Shown one piece after another: positions 40,791 to 51,169 of a stretch of DNA of 64,000 nucleotides; position 1 is the first letter of the stretch, and the number at the start of each line of letters is the position of its first letter. Position numbers and translations under genes: made by a program. Below the pieces are notes generated by a model. That model saw only the letters and a program-made list of their open reading frames with translations. It was not told the DNA's origin and did not search any database. Source of the stretch: Porphyridium purpureum. Its lineage: Eukaryota. The stretch spans positions 124,001 to 188,000 of the forward strand of contig VRMN01000003.1 of assembly GCA_008690995.1 (NCBI GenBank), given 5' to 3'.

Positions 40791-42051
40791 GTTGTTGGAT
40801 CACGTGCCACCGCCGCCTGGCAATCTTGTCCTCGGAGCCCCAACCGCACGAGCTGCGCTGCTCCCGCGTACCTTGCTCGAAAGTCTTCCACGCCGCTTAA
40901 CCCATGCCTTCCGGCGCTTATCGTTTCCAATTATACAACGACCTTCTGCTGCCCAAATTGGCGCGCGTCGTTGGACTCGTCCGTTTGCGCTCCGCGCCGG
41001 GTGGCAACACGTGCGTGTCCATGCTGCGCATCTTGGAACATCAGAACCGACCTGCTTGCATAGACACGAACCGAGCAATTCTTCGATGCGTTACTTCCAC
41101 AGCACGAATCCTGAAGGCGCCACCTGGACGCTCACTGAAGAACACGCCAGACCCACGCGGAATTTTGGCACGTGGGCTTTAATCGAGTGTCAAGCGTGCG
41201 GCGCGCGGAAATTGCGGTCGCACCAACGGACACGCTGTTGGGATCGATGAACGCATCAGGCGACAGTTAACGGCGTAACAGCATAACGTCCGTCCTCGAA
41301 CCGATAAGACGCGTGGCGGAGATGTGAGACGCTATGCGGCCTAGGTCAGTCACGGAGCACACACAGCAACACAAGATGGAAACATTCGTTGGTGCGGCGA
41401 GCGCGCATAGAGATTGACGACGAGCGTGGTCTCTGCGGTCGTCGTCGAATACGGAATGAACGCCCGTTGGAATAGTCGTACGTGTAGCGGCGGCGTGAAC
41501 AACATGGCTTTCGGATCGCGCCGCGACATTTCCATGCATGCGTACACGCGCAATGGGTTCGGCGTATGAGCTGAAAGGCGCAGTGAGAAATCCACTCATG
41601 CACGCGTCCTGCATCTGTGCCTTTACCTGCCGCCACTGGCTTTAACCACCGGCAACTGTCAATGCCTTGCTTTATCATTCGGATGGCAATATGTCATACT
41701 TTCGCTTGGTCCGGCGGCGTCGTCGTGATGCCGGGTTTAGAAGAAGAAAAAAAGGTGCGAGATGGTCATGTAGCAGTTGGGTTCTGTTTGATTCTCCGGG
41801 ATCCGGGGCACTTATTGCGGGTATTCTCGACTGCACACGCTTACTTATCTAGCCACTCTTCCACCAGCTTCTTGCACCGTTGCCTAAAGGCGCAATGCGC
41901 CACGCGCATCTCTGTGCCTCACTCAGCGTGATGTCCCGGTGACGAGACCTACCCTTCCACTTGATTTGGGCCAGGTGGGTTATTTTCCCGAGACAGGTAA
42001 GGAAAAATTCACCTGGGAAGCAGCTTGGCCACCCTCCGAACATTACCTCCT

Positions 42052-43677
42052 TCAAGCGGATTTCAGGTTCTCGCCACGGTCGAGTGGCGCACTGATGGGC
42101 AGCTGAAGAACTCCCCTCAGCACAGATTCGCCACGCTCGACGGCAATGAGCGTGAAGACGACGAGATAGAGCATCCAAGTCCATTTGCCGAACATAACAG
42201 ATTCATCCATGATGACAGGTTTCCACAGATGCACGTAAAAGTGGGCAAATACGCATAAGCTTGCGACGAGCTGAGAAACGTGCTGAGGGTCACGTACTTG
42301 CACCATGGTGCGAATGATCATGCCTAGCAGTGATAAGAAGGCAAACAAGTACCACGACGCGCCATGTGAGCACAGCGCGGGATACCGCTTCTGCAGCTCA
42401 CTCACCACGTCGCCGTTCATGGAGACCGATGCGACAAGGCACACCATACTCGTCAAACTCAGGTATGCGCTGCACAGCAGAATAAAATGAGGCAGCTTGA
42501 GTCGCCGCACGCGTCCAATCAGGTGGCGCGCAAAGCTGAGCAGCATGAGCAGGGGGAAAAGAAGGATCACGTAGAACCATATGCCCTTGACAAGCTCGTC
42601 GCCGGCATTCGTATCGTGTATGCTGACGCGGCCGCCAACGTCATTCACGTCCACTTTGTTGCCGCGCGCAGCACTACGGCCGTCGCCCCACATCACGTTC
42701 ATACGCTGCTGAACCTCATCAGCGAGCTTACTGTTCATGCGCGCCGCAGACTTCACACTGCTGACGAAAGGGTCCACAAGGGCGGAGGACGATTTGCGGA
42801 GGGCCGCGCGCAGCACTGGATTGAGGCGCCCGACGCGACGCTCCAACCAACGCTCGAGCGCAGGGTGCTCTCGCAGCTCTCCCACCAGCTCGTGGTATTC
42901 AGACACCAGCTTCTTGTAGGTGGCCTGCAGCAGCTCGCTCTCACCGTACAGCCGCTCCATCTCCTCTCGCAGCACCTGAAGCTGCTCTTCAACCTGCGGC
43001 AACTCGCTCTTCACCATCTGGGCGCGCTGCTCCGCTCGCTTCTTCTGATCTGCCTCGCTCTCGCGCGAATCTTCGAATGCCCTTAGCCGCCGTTGAGAAA
43101 GCTCAAGGGCTCGCAGCGCGGAGTCTAAGGACTCCTGGGCCTTTTCCTTCTCGCTCTCCAGAAGCTGCAGCTGCGCAAATCGATGCTTCACGAGGCCGAC
43201 CAACTGTGACTTCCCGTGGTCATTCGGATCCCATTTCGGCCGCGTCCCTACATGAGACGCCGTTTTGTCCATCCCCAGGCCCTCGGTTTTTGACAACGGA
43301 GCTAGCTTTTCGCGCTCCATGTGTTTCTCCTGCAGCTGAATTTGCTCTTCCAACGCTTTCAACTTGGCGCCCTCTTGCTCCTGCATATTATTCTGGGGCA
43401 CCTCTTTCTGCAAGCCCTGATCTTGGAGCAAAGCCTGAAAGTTGCCGTCAAAAGCCGCAGCGCCCGGACCGCGCGCCAAACATCTGAGTAACAGCACAAT
43501 CACCGCCAACTGCATCAGCAGTAACTTATCACCACACCCGCGCGGACGTACAATGGAGTCCAGCATTGTGACAACGTTGCCGTCCAACCTGACCAACAAC
43601 AGATGTCTAGCCACAGCGTCCCTTCCCCGAGCGAGTGAAAGTGGTAAAACAAGGGGTGCGCATCTTGGTCGGGACAT
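42052..43677 (-). CDS. Coiled-coil plus multi-pass membrane protein of unknown function; start may be 43515
   Basis: Signal-like MQLAVIVLLL, long E/Q/K/L heptad region, about 5 C-terminal TM segments. Confidence 0.75.
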   Translation of the reverse strand: MSRPRCAPLVLPLSLARGRDAVARHLLLVRLDGNVVTMLDSIVRPRGCGDKLLLMQLAVIVLLLRCLARGPGAAAFDGNFQALLQDQGLQKEVPQNNMQEQEGAKLKALEEQIQLQEKHMEREKLAPLSKTEGLGMDKTASHVGTRPKWDPNDHGKSQLVGLVKHRFAQLQLLESEKEKAQESLDSALRALELSQRRLRAFEDSRESEADQKKRAEQRAQMVKSELPQVEEQLQVLREEMERLYGESELLQATYKKLVSEYHELVGELREHPALERWLERRVGRLNPVLRAALRKSSSALVDPFVSSVKSAARMNSKLADEVQQRMNVMWGDGRSAARGNKVDVNDVGGRVSIHDTNAGDELVKGIWFYVILLFPLLMLLSFARHLIGRVRRLKLPHFILLCSAYLSLTSMVCLVASVSMNGDVVSELQKRYPALCSHGASWYLFAFLSLLGMIIRTMVQVRDPQHVSQLVASLCVFAHFYVHLWKPVIMDESVMFGKWTWMLYLVVFTLIAVERGESVLRGVLQLPISAPLDRGENLKSA

Positions 43678-44110
43678 CGAACCTGGTGTTGAGATAAGCA
43701 AAAGGGATGCATAGTACCGACAGCGTTGCCTGATCCCAGCAGAATGGCCCCAAGCGATGTGAAGGCATGAGTGTCGACGCCAACAGCAAACGCGGCTGCG
43801 AAAGTATCACAGAGCCGTTTCTCGCGCAAAGGCCTTAATCCTCGTGCTGCGCACCGAAGGCGCACGGCTTGTTTATAGCAGACCGGACGGTGCAGCTTTG
43901 GTTGTCACTCAATCTGCATCTCGGTTACGAGCAATCGCATGAGTAGCCGTCTGATGCCGAAAGTGTTCGCTCAAGAGCCGCGGATACGCGGCAGAGCGTG
44001 TGTAGTTTGACGATTTCATAAGTAAAGACTATCGGAAGCAGCGAGATTGTCGGACCTCGCCGGACAGCAAACGAGACGTGGCCACAGCACGCGGAAAGAG
44101 CCGCTAGATT

Positions 44111-45076
44111 ATGTGGCGGAATTCACCAATGCGACTCAAAGGATGGATCGATGCTGCGCGGAAAAGTTCATCGCTAGTAGCGGTGCCTTCCAATCCGCTT
44201 CGGTCGCCGGCGAGCTTCCATTGGCATCGGAGCGGGTTGCTGAGCTGGCGGAAAAGTTTGGATCATGGACATCGGGGGACAGATCAAAGTGCACGCGCGT
44301 GCTTCTCTGACTTTAAGAGTGAGGTACCAGATGGGGATCGCCAGCCGGAAATCGAGCTCTCTGATGCTGATTTGAAGCAGATCATCAATCGGTCAACGGT
44401 GATTCGACTTCGGCGGCACTTGGAACTGCAGGAAAGGCAAAGCATGAGCAAGGCAGAATTTCTAGAGCTATGCTCACACCATGGTTTGGAAGATGCCGCT
44501 GCGGAGCAGCTGCTGACTGATTTCGATGCAGCGGGCGTCGTGTTTCATATGCCCAGCGCAACGGCACAAGAGCTCAGGAATAGCGTTCTGCTTGAACCGG
44601 ACAAGTTGCTGCCCCCTGTGGCGCATGCATATGAATCCACTCTAGAAGAGCATGTGCGTGAAGAGCTGGTCCAACTGGAGGCCGAATTTGAACCATACCG
44701 GCAACCTCTAGCGCTCGTGCGGAGTAAGGCGAAGCAGCGAGCAAATGCAGTGCTGTGCGGAGGGTTAGCGGCGCTTGTAGGACAGACTGCATTGTATTAC
44801 CGTCTTACATTTGTGGACTTGTCATGGGAAGTGATCGAGCCGATTGCGTGGTTCACGGGTCAATGTGTCATGCTGGCCACGTACGTCTACTTTATTCGCA
44901 CAGGCCGGGAAAATTCGTACCAAGATATGTGGAGTCGCGTGTATAAGAAGCGATTCTCCAAGCTCGTTGTGCGCGGTGTCGACGGCTTAGATCTCTCACA
45001 TGGCCTTGCTCTCGAAACCAAAATAGCGAACTACAAGGAGTTCCTCGCAAAGTCTGTGGCGCTAACTTCACAATAG
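44111..45076 (+). CDS. MCU: Mitochondrial calcium uniporter pore subunit
   Basis: Coiled coil, TM1, YRLTFVDLSWEVIEPIAWF, TM2; Arg/Ser-rich presequence. Confidence 0.88.
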   Translation: MWRNSPMRLKGWIDAARKSSSLVAVPSNPLRSPASFHWHRSGLLSWRKSLDHGHRGTDQSARACFSDFKSEVPDGDRQPEIELSDADLKQIINRSTVIRLRRHLELQERQSMSKAEFLELCSHHGLEDAAAEQLLTDFDAAGVVFHMPSATAQELRNSVLLEPDKLLPPVAHAYESTLEEHVREELVQLEAEFEPYRQPLALVRSKAKQRANAVLCGGLAALVGQTALYYRLTFVDLSWEVIEPIAWFTGQCVMLATYVYFIRTGRENSYQDMWSRVYKKRFSKLVVRGVDGLDLSHGLALETKIANYKEFLAKSVALTSQ

Positions 45077-45637
45077 TACTACTTGTAGCTAGAACGTGAC
45101 GCGCGTGCTTTCTTCTCGACTGCATGCGAAATCCTCTGCGACAAATTTAGAGCACGTGCCTGCACTCTGATGAATCGATCCCGTAAATGCCTTCGCTGCG
45201 ATCTGGCGGCAAAATCAGTGCAACATGTCAAAATTGTCAGCTTTTCCTCGCATGACATCTACAGGGCATCTCTGCGTTGCTTCAACACATGCCCAATATC
45301 ACCTTGTAGTCAGGTGCACACGTTTCGAGCATGCTATCAGCGTCGATAAACCGTTGGACTAGATTACGCTCCTGGTATCGAGCAAGTTGGTACGGCTTGA
45401 GTGATACTCAAGAATGCTATTCTGGCGTCAAGCTGACTGCACCGCACCACAAATGCTCTCAAGTCATGTGACGTTGTTCCATCAAGGATAAACGCAGGTC
45501 CGCGTTGAAAAGTGAACAACCTTGCTGTCCCTCTCGGTGGGTCATGAATCACCACCTTTTCGCCTTGACCTTTATGCCACCTTCTCCAGCGCCATGTCAC
45601 AGGAACTCCAGGGCAAGCGAAACAAAAGGACTAAATC

Positions 45638-46435
45638 TTAAAGCCTGGCAATAGCATCAATCATCACGAGAGCCTCCTTGGGAAGTGCGGCGACCTGGAA
45701 CGCAGTACGCGCCGGTTTAGGATATTGGCCTTCATGATAATTATTCAGAAACGCCCCATAGAGATCGTTGATCCTACCGAAATCGCGCATATCTTTCACC
45801 ATTAGAGTCATTCTTACAATACGCGGTGACACCGATCCTGAAGCCGAGTTCTTCAAGACTGCTTCCAAATTTGCAAGCGCACGAACTGCCTGTGTCTCGA
45901 TTCCGCCATCCACGAGCGTATCCGTCTTCGGGTCAAGTCCCAGACATCCACTCACAAACACATACTCGTCCTCCACAACTACAGCCTGACTGTACGGCCC
46001 CACTGCCTTGCCCGCGAGCTCAGTCTGCACACTTCGAAGGCACGGCTGCTTTGGCAACGCGCCCGACTGGTCCGCCGCACCGACGGCGGCCACGACTTGT
46101 ACCTCGACGAGCAACGTGGGTCGCACGAGCTTGGCCTCCACGGTAGCACGAACAGGTTTACACTCGGGATCGACCCATGCATTCCAAACAGCGTTCATCT
46201 CTGCCACTGTCGCGATATCTGCTAGCCACACACTGGCGCTAAGAATAGACGACTTGTGGCCGCCGCCCATTTCTAACAGCCTGTCGATCTTCGCAAGACA
46301 TGAGGAAGTCTGCTCTCCGACCGTGGTTTTCTGGTGCTCGTCGTCGGTCACCTGTCCGGCTAAATAGATTATTCCGCCGTGCACAACCATCTGGCTGAAC
46401 GAAGTACCCGGTTCGTATCGCACAATCGTTTCCAT
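45638..46435 (-). CDS. Tandem Rid/YjgF fusion: YoaB-like domain plus RidA-like domain
   Basis: Domain 1 SQMVVHGGIIYLAGQV...MNAVW..W..PVRATV; domain 2 AVGPYSQAV..FVSG...PARTAFQVAALP. The frame is open further upstream to 46984. Confidence 0.88.
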   Translation of the reverse strand: METIVRYEPGTSFSQMVVHGGIIYLAGQVTDDEHQKTTVGEQTSSCLAKIDRLLEMGGGHKSSILSASVWLADIATVAEMNAVWNAWVDPECKPVRATVEAKLVRPTLLVEVQVVAAVGAADQSGALPKQPCLRSVQTELAGKAVGPYSQAVVVEDEYVFVSGCLGLDPKTDTLVDGGIETQAVRALANLEAVLKNSASGSVSPRIVRMTLMVKDMRDFGRINDLYGAFLNNYHEGQYPKPARTAFQVAALPKEALVMIDAIARL

Positions 46436-47931
46436 GGCGATGAATTCCCCACCGCTACGCTCGACGGCGTCACCGAGCGACAGAAACTTCTCAAGCCACG
46501 AGGCTGCGTAAATGACACGGTTCCTGTTTTGATCTTGCTCACACTTGTGGCAACATTCGACAAGGGGTTGTCTGGGTGCTTTTTTTTGGCGTGCTTCCGT
46601 AAGGGAGATGATGCAAGAAATGCCGACCAGGATATCGACAGGCGCCCTGTGCATTCTGTGAAGCAAATTGGGATCGCCGGGTGCGCAGAGCTGGTTGTGC
46701 TGTGGAAATACTCTCGTAGAAGCGCGAAAGATCCCTCTGCTTGAGGCAGCCTCGTGTACGTTCGCGCAAATGCTCGAATGATGAAGGCAAGGTGTGGCTA
46801 GTATTTTCAAGTCCAAACGACCATTTGGAAGGTACGCAAAGTTTCGCCACGTACAAACACTCGTGGGAACACGGGCATGAACAAGGCTCTGTTCGCTTTC
46901 AATGCGAGCATGATGTAGATCAGACCCACTACGGCAAATGCACACGAGCGTGTCCTCACAATTTAGCACGGCAAGAAGGAACATGTTTCAGTCCTCGAAA
47001 AGACCATCGGTGTTTGGAAAGGCAGCTTTGTGCCCAATCTGCACAATATGCTTTGCTAGTGGCACATTGGAAAATGACAGACAACCAGGACCCCAAGCCC
47101 TGTGCGCGAAATGACGACCTTGTGGTGCAAAATCACGACGATGCTCGACTGCACATCATTGCTCGACACTTTCCAATCTCCTCGAAGAGCCGCTGATCGC
47201 ATGGAGTACCTGTGAAAGGTACCGTGGTCGTCCACATCTTTGAGAAGATGCACTGAATGAAACATACACGCAGCACAAAGGGGCTGATTGCCGACAAGAA
47301 GCGCTTGCGTGGGTATATAGCAATACTGTCAAGTCTGCTTTGCTCATGATGCTCGTCCACGTGCCGTGTAAGGAGCTCGGGAGTTCCTGTCGCAAACACG
47401 AAAGGTGCGCGTTGATGCGGTGCATTCCGGTCGAACCGCGGGACAATGCCACGGCGCAATCGCGATGCGCTGGCCGTGCACCGTTCGCTTGACCAGCTGC
47501 ATGCCTCCAGTGCCACAACCTTGCCCACTCGTCCGTTCAGCGACTAGCCCCTGGCCTGCAACATCGCGTCTGCCATCTTCGCTCCAGCTTCCCGCATTTC
47601 ATCATCACATGGTCATCATTGAAAATGTGAACGCTGGGTGTACAGCGTGGCCACCACAGAGCGTGAAGCCAAGGTTCAGTTTCATGTACACCCGGGAGTA
47701 CAGTCCATCATTGCGGGGGGAGGTACAGTCATCCGCGACGGCGGCGCTGCGAGTGGTTTTGTGTTTCATAGTAAAAGGTGTCTCTTTGTCAGAACTAGGG
47801 TCGAGGGTGTGCGTAGAGAAGAACCGAGGTGTGGCCGCTCATGTACGCATGTTTCAAGGCTTGGGTTTGGGCAACGGAGTCGAGGCGGAAAGGTAGAGGG
47901 GTTGGGAGGGCAAAAGTAGTTCTTGGGCAAG

Positions 47932-48099
47932 ATGGCGAAGAGCAAGAATCACACTAACCACAACCAGTCGCGCAAGAACCATCGAAATGGGATCAAGAAG
48001 CCGCGCAACCATCGGTTCAAGTCCACCAAGGGCATGGACATCAAGTTCCTGAAGAACCAAAAGTACGCACGCAAGGGCAATAAGGTCGAGTCTGCGTAG
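47932..48099 (+). CDS. RPL29: 60S ribosomal protein L29 (eL29), 55 aa; absent from the ORF track
   Basis: [24 protein letters not shown]...[18 protein letters not shown]. Confidence 0.96.
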   Translation: MAKSKNHTNHNQSRKNHRNGIKKPRNHRFKSTKGMDIKFLKNQKYARKGNKVESA

Positions 48100-48586
48100 A
48101 GTGGACAACGCAACGCCGCGGCGGTGAATGAACGACCGGGTATGAGACTTCGGCTCTTGGCTGGATCGCGAGCGGACCTTGGCGAGCGTGTGCGCGTCGC
48201 CCGGGCACTAGGTTCTTTGTGAGAAATAGCCCGCTGCTTTTTTTGCAGCGGGATTCTGAACTTTAGAGACTCGGGAGGAAAGCGAGTGCGAAAAGCTGTG
48301 TTCCTCATTCTTGGAAATTTCCAGGACATACTAAAAGCTTGGGCAGAACCATAGCCGCAACGTTCACGGAGCTCTGCGGACGTATTTTAATGACTGATAG
48401 CGTGTATGAAAACACAAAAAGACAAGGAGTTTGATAAATACAGCGGTCTTTATTGGCTCTCGAAAACTTAACGACATGTCCCCAGGACGTGGCGCGCCCC
48501 ACGATGCGTCTTCTCAGGAAGGATCTCACGTCAGGAAGTCGAACCTGAAGGTGCAAATGAAAAGAGAGAAAGAGGATACAAGTCCA

Positions 48587-49507
48587 TCATTTCGTGACCT
48601 GCGTGATAACGATGGGAATTACGATCGCGCAGATAATCAGGATGACGCAGATCAGCAGGAGGATTTTCTTCTTACGCGCCGATAGCTGGTTTTTCCGTGC
48701 CTCGACAAGTTCCACCTCTGCAGACCTAGCTTCGTCCTTGGTTGCCTTCACGTTATACTCAATGTTGTTCAGGAGCTCGCCCTGGTTCTCCACTAGAATG
48801 CTTAGGTCCACGAACATCTGGTTCAGTTCAATGATTTGCTTTTCCAGCTCTTGGACGTCTCTGTTCCGTGATTCAATTTCCATGAGCCGCGTTTTCGTGG
48901 TCGCATGCGCACCACTGAGCTGCTGAGCGTTAATGAGATGACCGTACTCATTCGACTCGACTGCTTTTTCAATGTCGCGTTCCTTCATGTCGGGATTCAA
49001 GGCCTGGAGGTCCTGCACAATTAGCTTTTGGTTGTTCTTTTGCTCCCTTTCCTGTACCTTTTCAAAGTTTTGAACCGCGGCCATGAACTCCTTTGTCGTT
49101 GACTGGTGCGTGGTGACACGAATTCTGCCAACAGCCACGCTATTTGGATTTTGCTCTAAAAACGCCTTGTTCTCGGTGGCCAGCCTCTTGAGGCGCTTCC
49201 GGATCGCCTGCGCCTTTGCGTCCGTATTTGCGACGAGCGCCTTGATTTCGGCTTCCCGCTTGGGATTATCGTGCGCAATATCTTCGTAAATAAGCACAAG
49301 CTTGTCTGTGTTGACGTTGATACGGTTAATGGCCTGCGCAAGCGCGTCCATCTCACGGTAGAACTTCTTCAGCTCCTTGTTTTCTTCCTCGGACGCGCCT
49401 TCAACCGCGGCGCGCGACCCGCCGGCCTCTACGTCGCCCGCCGCCGGCGCGTCCCCCACGTCGATGTCATCATCCAGACCCGTCTTCAGATCCGCCAGCC
49501 GGTCCAT
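48587..49507 (-). CDS. Syntaxin (Qa-SNARE, plasma-membrane type)
   Basis: MDRLADLK start; Habc helices; SNARE motif LNQMFVDLSILVENQGELLNNIEYNV; C-terminal TM. Confidence 0.92.
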   Translation of the reverse strand: MDRLADLKTGLDDDIDVGDAPAAGDVEAGGSRAAVEGASEEENKELKKFYREMDALAQAINRINVNTDKLVLIYEDIAHDNPKREAEIKALVANTDAKAQAIRKRLKRLATENKAFLEQNPNSVAVGRIRVTTHQSTTKEFMAAVQNFEKVQEREQKNNQKLIVQDLQALNPDMKERDIEKAVESNEYGHLINAQQLSGAHATTKTRLMEIESRNRDVQELEKQIIELNQMFVDLSILVENQGELLNNIEYNVKATKDEARSAEVELVEARKNQLSARKKKILLLICVILIICAIVIPIVITQVTK

Positions 49508-49725
49508 CGTGTTCCGGACTCCACTCACGCCGTGCCTCGCCCTCACATCCGCAGCACGCACCTTTGCAACCTTGCTGGCTAAACACCTCCTTGCTAGCCT
49601 AATTGTCTTTTCTCCTCTTGTATCAAAACATCTCGTTTTAGTTATGGCGCTGTAACGGGTCAACATCACGCGCTCGCGCACACGCCATGGCAGTCGAGTT
49701 CGTGGCACCAGTGTTTCTCGCTGTC

Positions 49726-51063
49726 TCATTCCTCGTCCGACTCGCTGTCAGAGAAGTCGAGATCGCTGTCGTCGAAATCCGACCCGTTTTCTTCTGCATT
49801 GTCCAGCTCAAAGTCGAGCTCATCCTCAAATTTGGCTTCGAGCATCTCGAGGATAGACGACGTCCGCACCCGGAACGCCAGGTTGCCCGGAAATCGCGCG
49901 TATCTGCGAAGTAGATTGCCGTATCGCGCCACAAAACTGTCCCAGTCAAGACCAACAAAGTCGACTGGGATTTCGACGCACAGACTGCTGGGGTGCATGT
50001 CCGCGCCGAGCGAGCTTTCGAGTTCGCCGAGCAGCACATTGATGTCCACACACGAGGCGTTGGACAGAGCGGCACAGCTCAAGCCTTTGAATGAAAGCGT
50101 GCTCGACACCTGGACCCGCTCTACCAAATGCTTAACATCCTCCGAAGATTCCTTGGCGGCGCTGACAAAAACACGAAAGCCAGCCGCGCGCTTCTCCCGA
50201 TTCTGCGAGAACACCTTTTCGAGATCCTCAATGCACGTCATCGACGCAACCTTGCATACATCCTCAAGATTCGGTAACTGACGCAACTCACGCGTGTACT
50301 TCATAAACATTTTGTGCGTGCCTGAGTACCGCCAAATACTCAGCGGCAGCATGGTCGCCTTGTCCTGCAAGGCACGCGGATCGCTCTCTGCAAACTGCAC
50401 GACGCCTCGATCGGACATGACTTGCGCCGAGATCCACTCAACCCCAGAAACATCAAGCACAACAGCAAACTGCTTGACGAGCTTTTGGTCCAAGGATGTT
50501 TCGGAGCACAGCCGCTGAAGGTTCAAATGGACCTCGTCGGCCACAGCGTCTGCCGCCATCAACTCGCGGACCGAGAGCACGAGGTCCAAATCATCGATCT
50601 GTTTTTCTTCCCTTTTCTCCTCTCGCTTTCTTCCAAAGCCACTGAAAGAATCCGATTCAGCGCGCATTCGAGTGCTCACCCGCGCCAGACTTCTCGAGCT
50701 ATTCGGGCCTGAGGAAGCTATGCAAATGGCTTTCTGTGTCAGCACCCACGCGCCCGGCACAAGACGCCTTGCTACCGAACGAACTTCCCTATTCCGCACC
50801 CGAAAGCCATCTCCATGCGTGCATAGCCCTAGTCCCAGCCCCGTCCGGCTTGGCTTGGATTTGTGTCTGTCGTCCTGCGTCTCCGTCCGGCCACTACAAC
50901 GACCGTGTTGATAACACTTATCTGCCCTTCGCCCACAGTGGTGCGTTCGGGTGCTTCCCCGACTCCCGCATGGACCAACAGACACCACAAAGGCCAGTGA
51001 GGCGTACTGCGCGAGCTGCGCGCCAGCCGATTGCGAAGCCAGGCTTTGTCTATGCGAGTCCAT
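49726..51063 (-). CDS. Degenerate YggS/PLPBP-like TIM-barrel protein with acidic tail; start uncertain
   Basis: GVVQFAE..LQDKATMLP..W...LPNL...RVFV...LSFKGL follows the YggS motif order. Confidence 0.55.
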   Translation of the reverse strand: MDSHRQSLASQSAGAQLAQYASLAFVVSVGPCGSRGSTRTHHCGRRADKCYQHGRCSGRTETQDDRHKSKPSRTGLGLGLCTHGDGFRVRNREVRSVARRLVPGAWVLTQKAICIASSGPNSSRSLARVSTRMRAESDSFSGFGRKREEKREEKQIDDLDLVLSVRELMAADAVADEVHLNLQRLCSETSLDQKLVKQFAVVLDVSGVEWISAQVMSDRGVVQFAESDPRALQDKATMLPLSIWRYSGTHKMFMKYTRELRQLPNLEDVCKVASMTCIEDLEKVFSQNREKRAAGFRVFVSAAKESSEDVKHLVERVQVSSTLSFKGLSCAALSNASCVDINVLLGELESSLGADMHPSSLCVEIPVDFVGLDWDSFVARYGNLLRRYARFPGNLAFRVRTSSILEMLEAKFEDELDFELDNAEENGSDFDDSDLDFSDSESDEE

Positions 51064-51169
51064 TCCGAGTCTCCGACTGCTCGTCATGTTTGCGATGACT
51101 CAAGAATGGCCACATCGATCTCCGGCACTCCAAAACCTTTTGGCCGCCGTGTGAAAGCGAACGACCAAC

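Noticed and set aside
41267..41931. Short ORFs in the gap between two minus-strand genes
   Set aside because: No motif or codon-bias support
46436..46984. 183-aa N-terminal extension of the Rid fusion
   Set aside because: Not protein-like and not a clear transit peptide; homology starts at METIVR
47405..47919. Short ORFs upstream of RPL29 with a faint cupin-like look
   Set aside because: No convincing motif; likely intergenic
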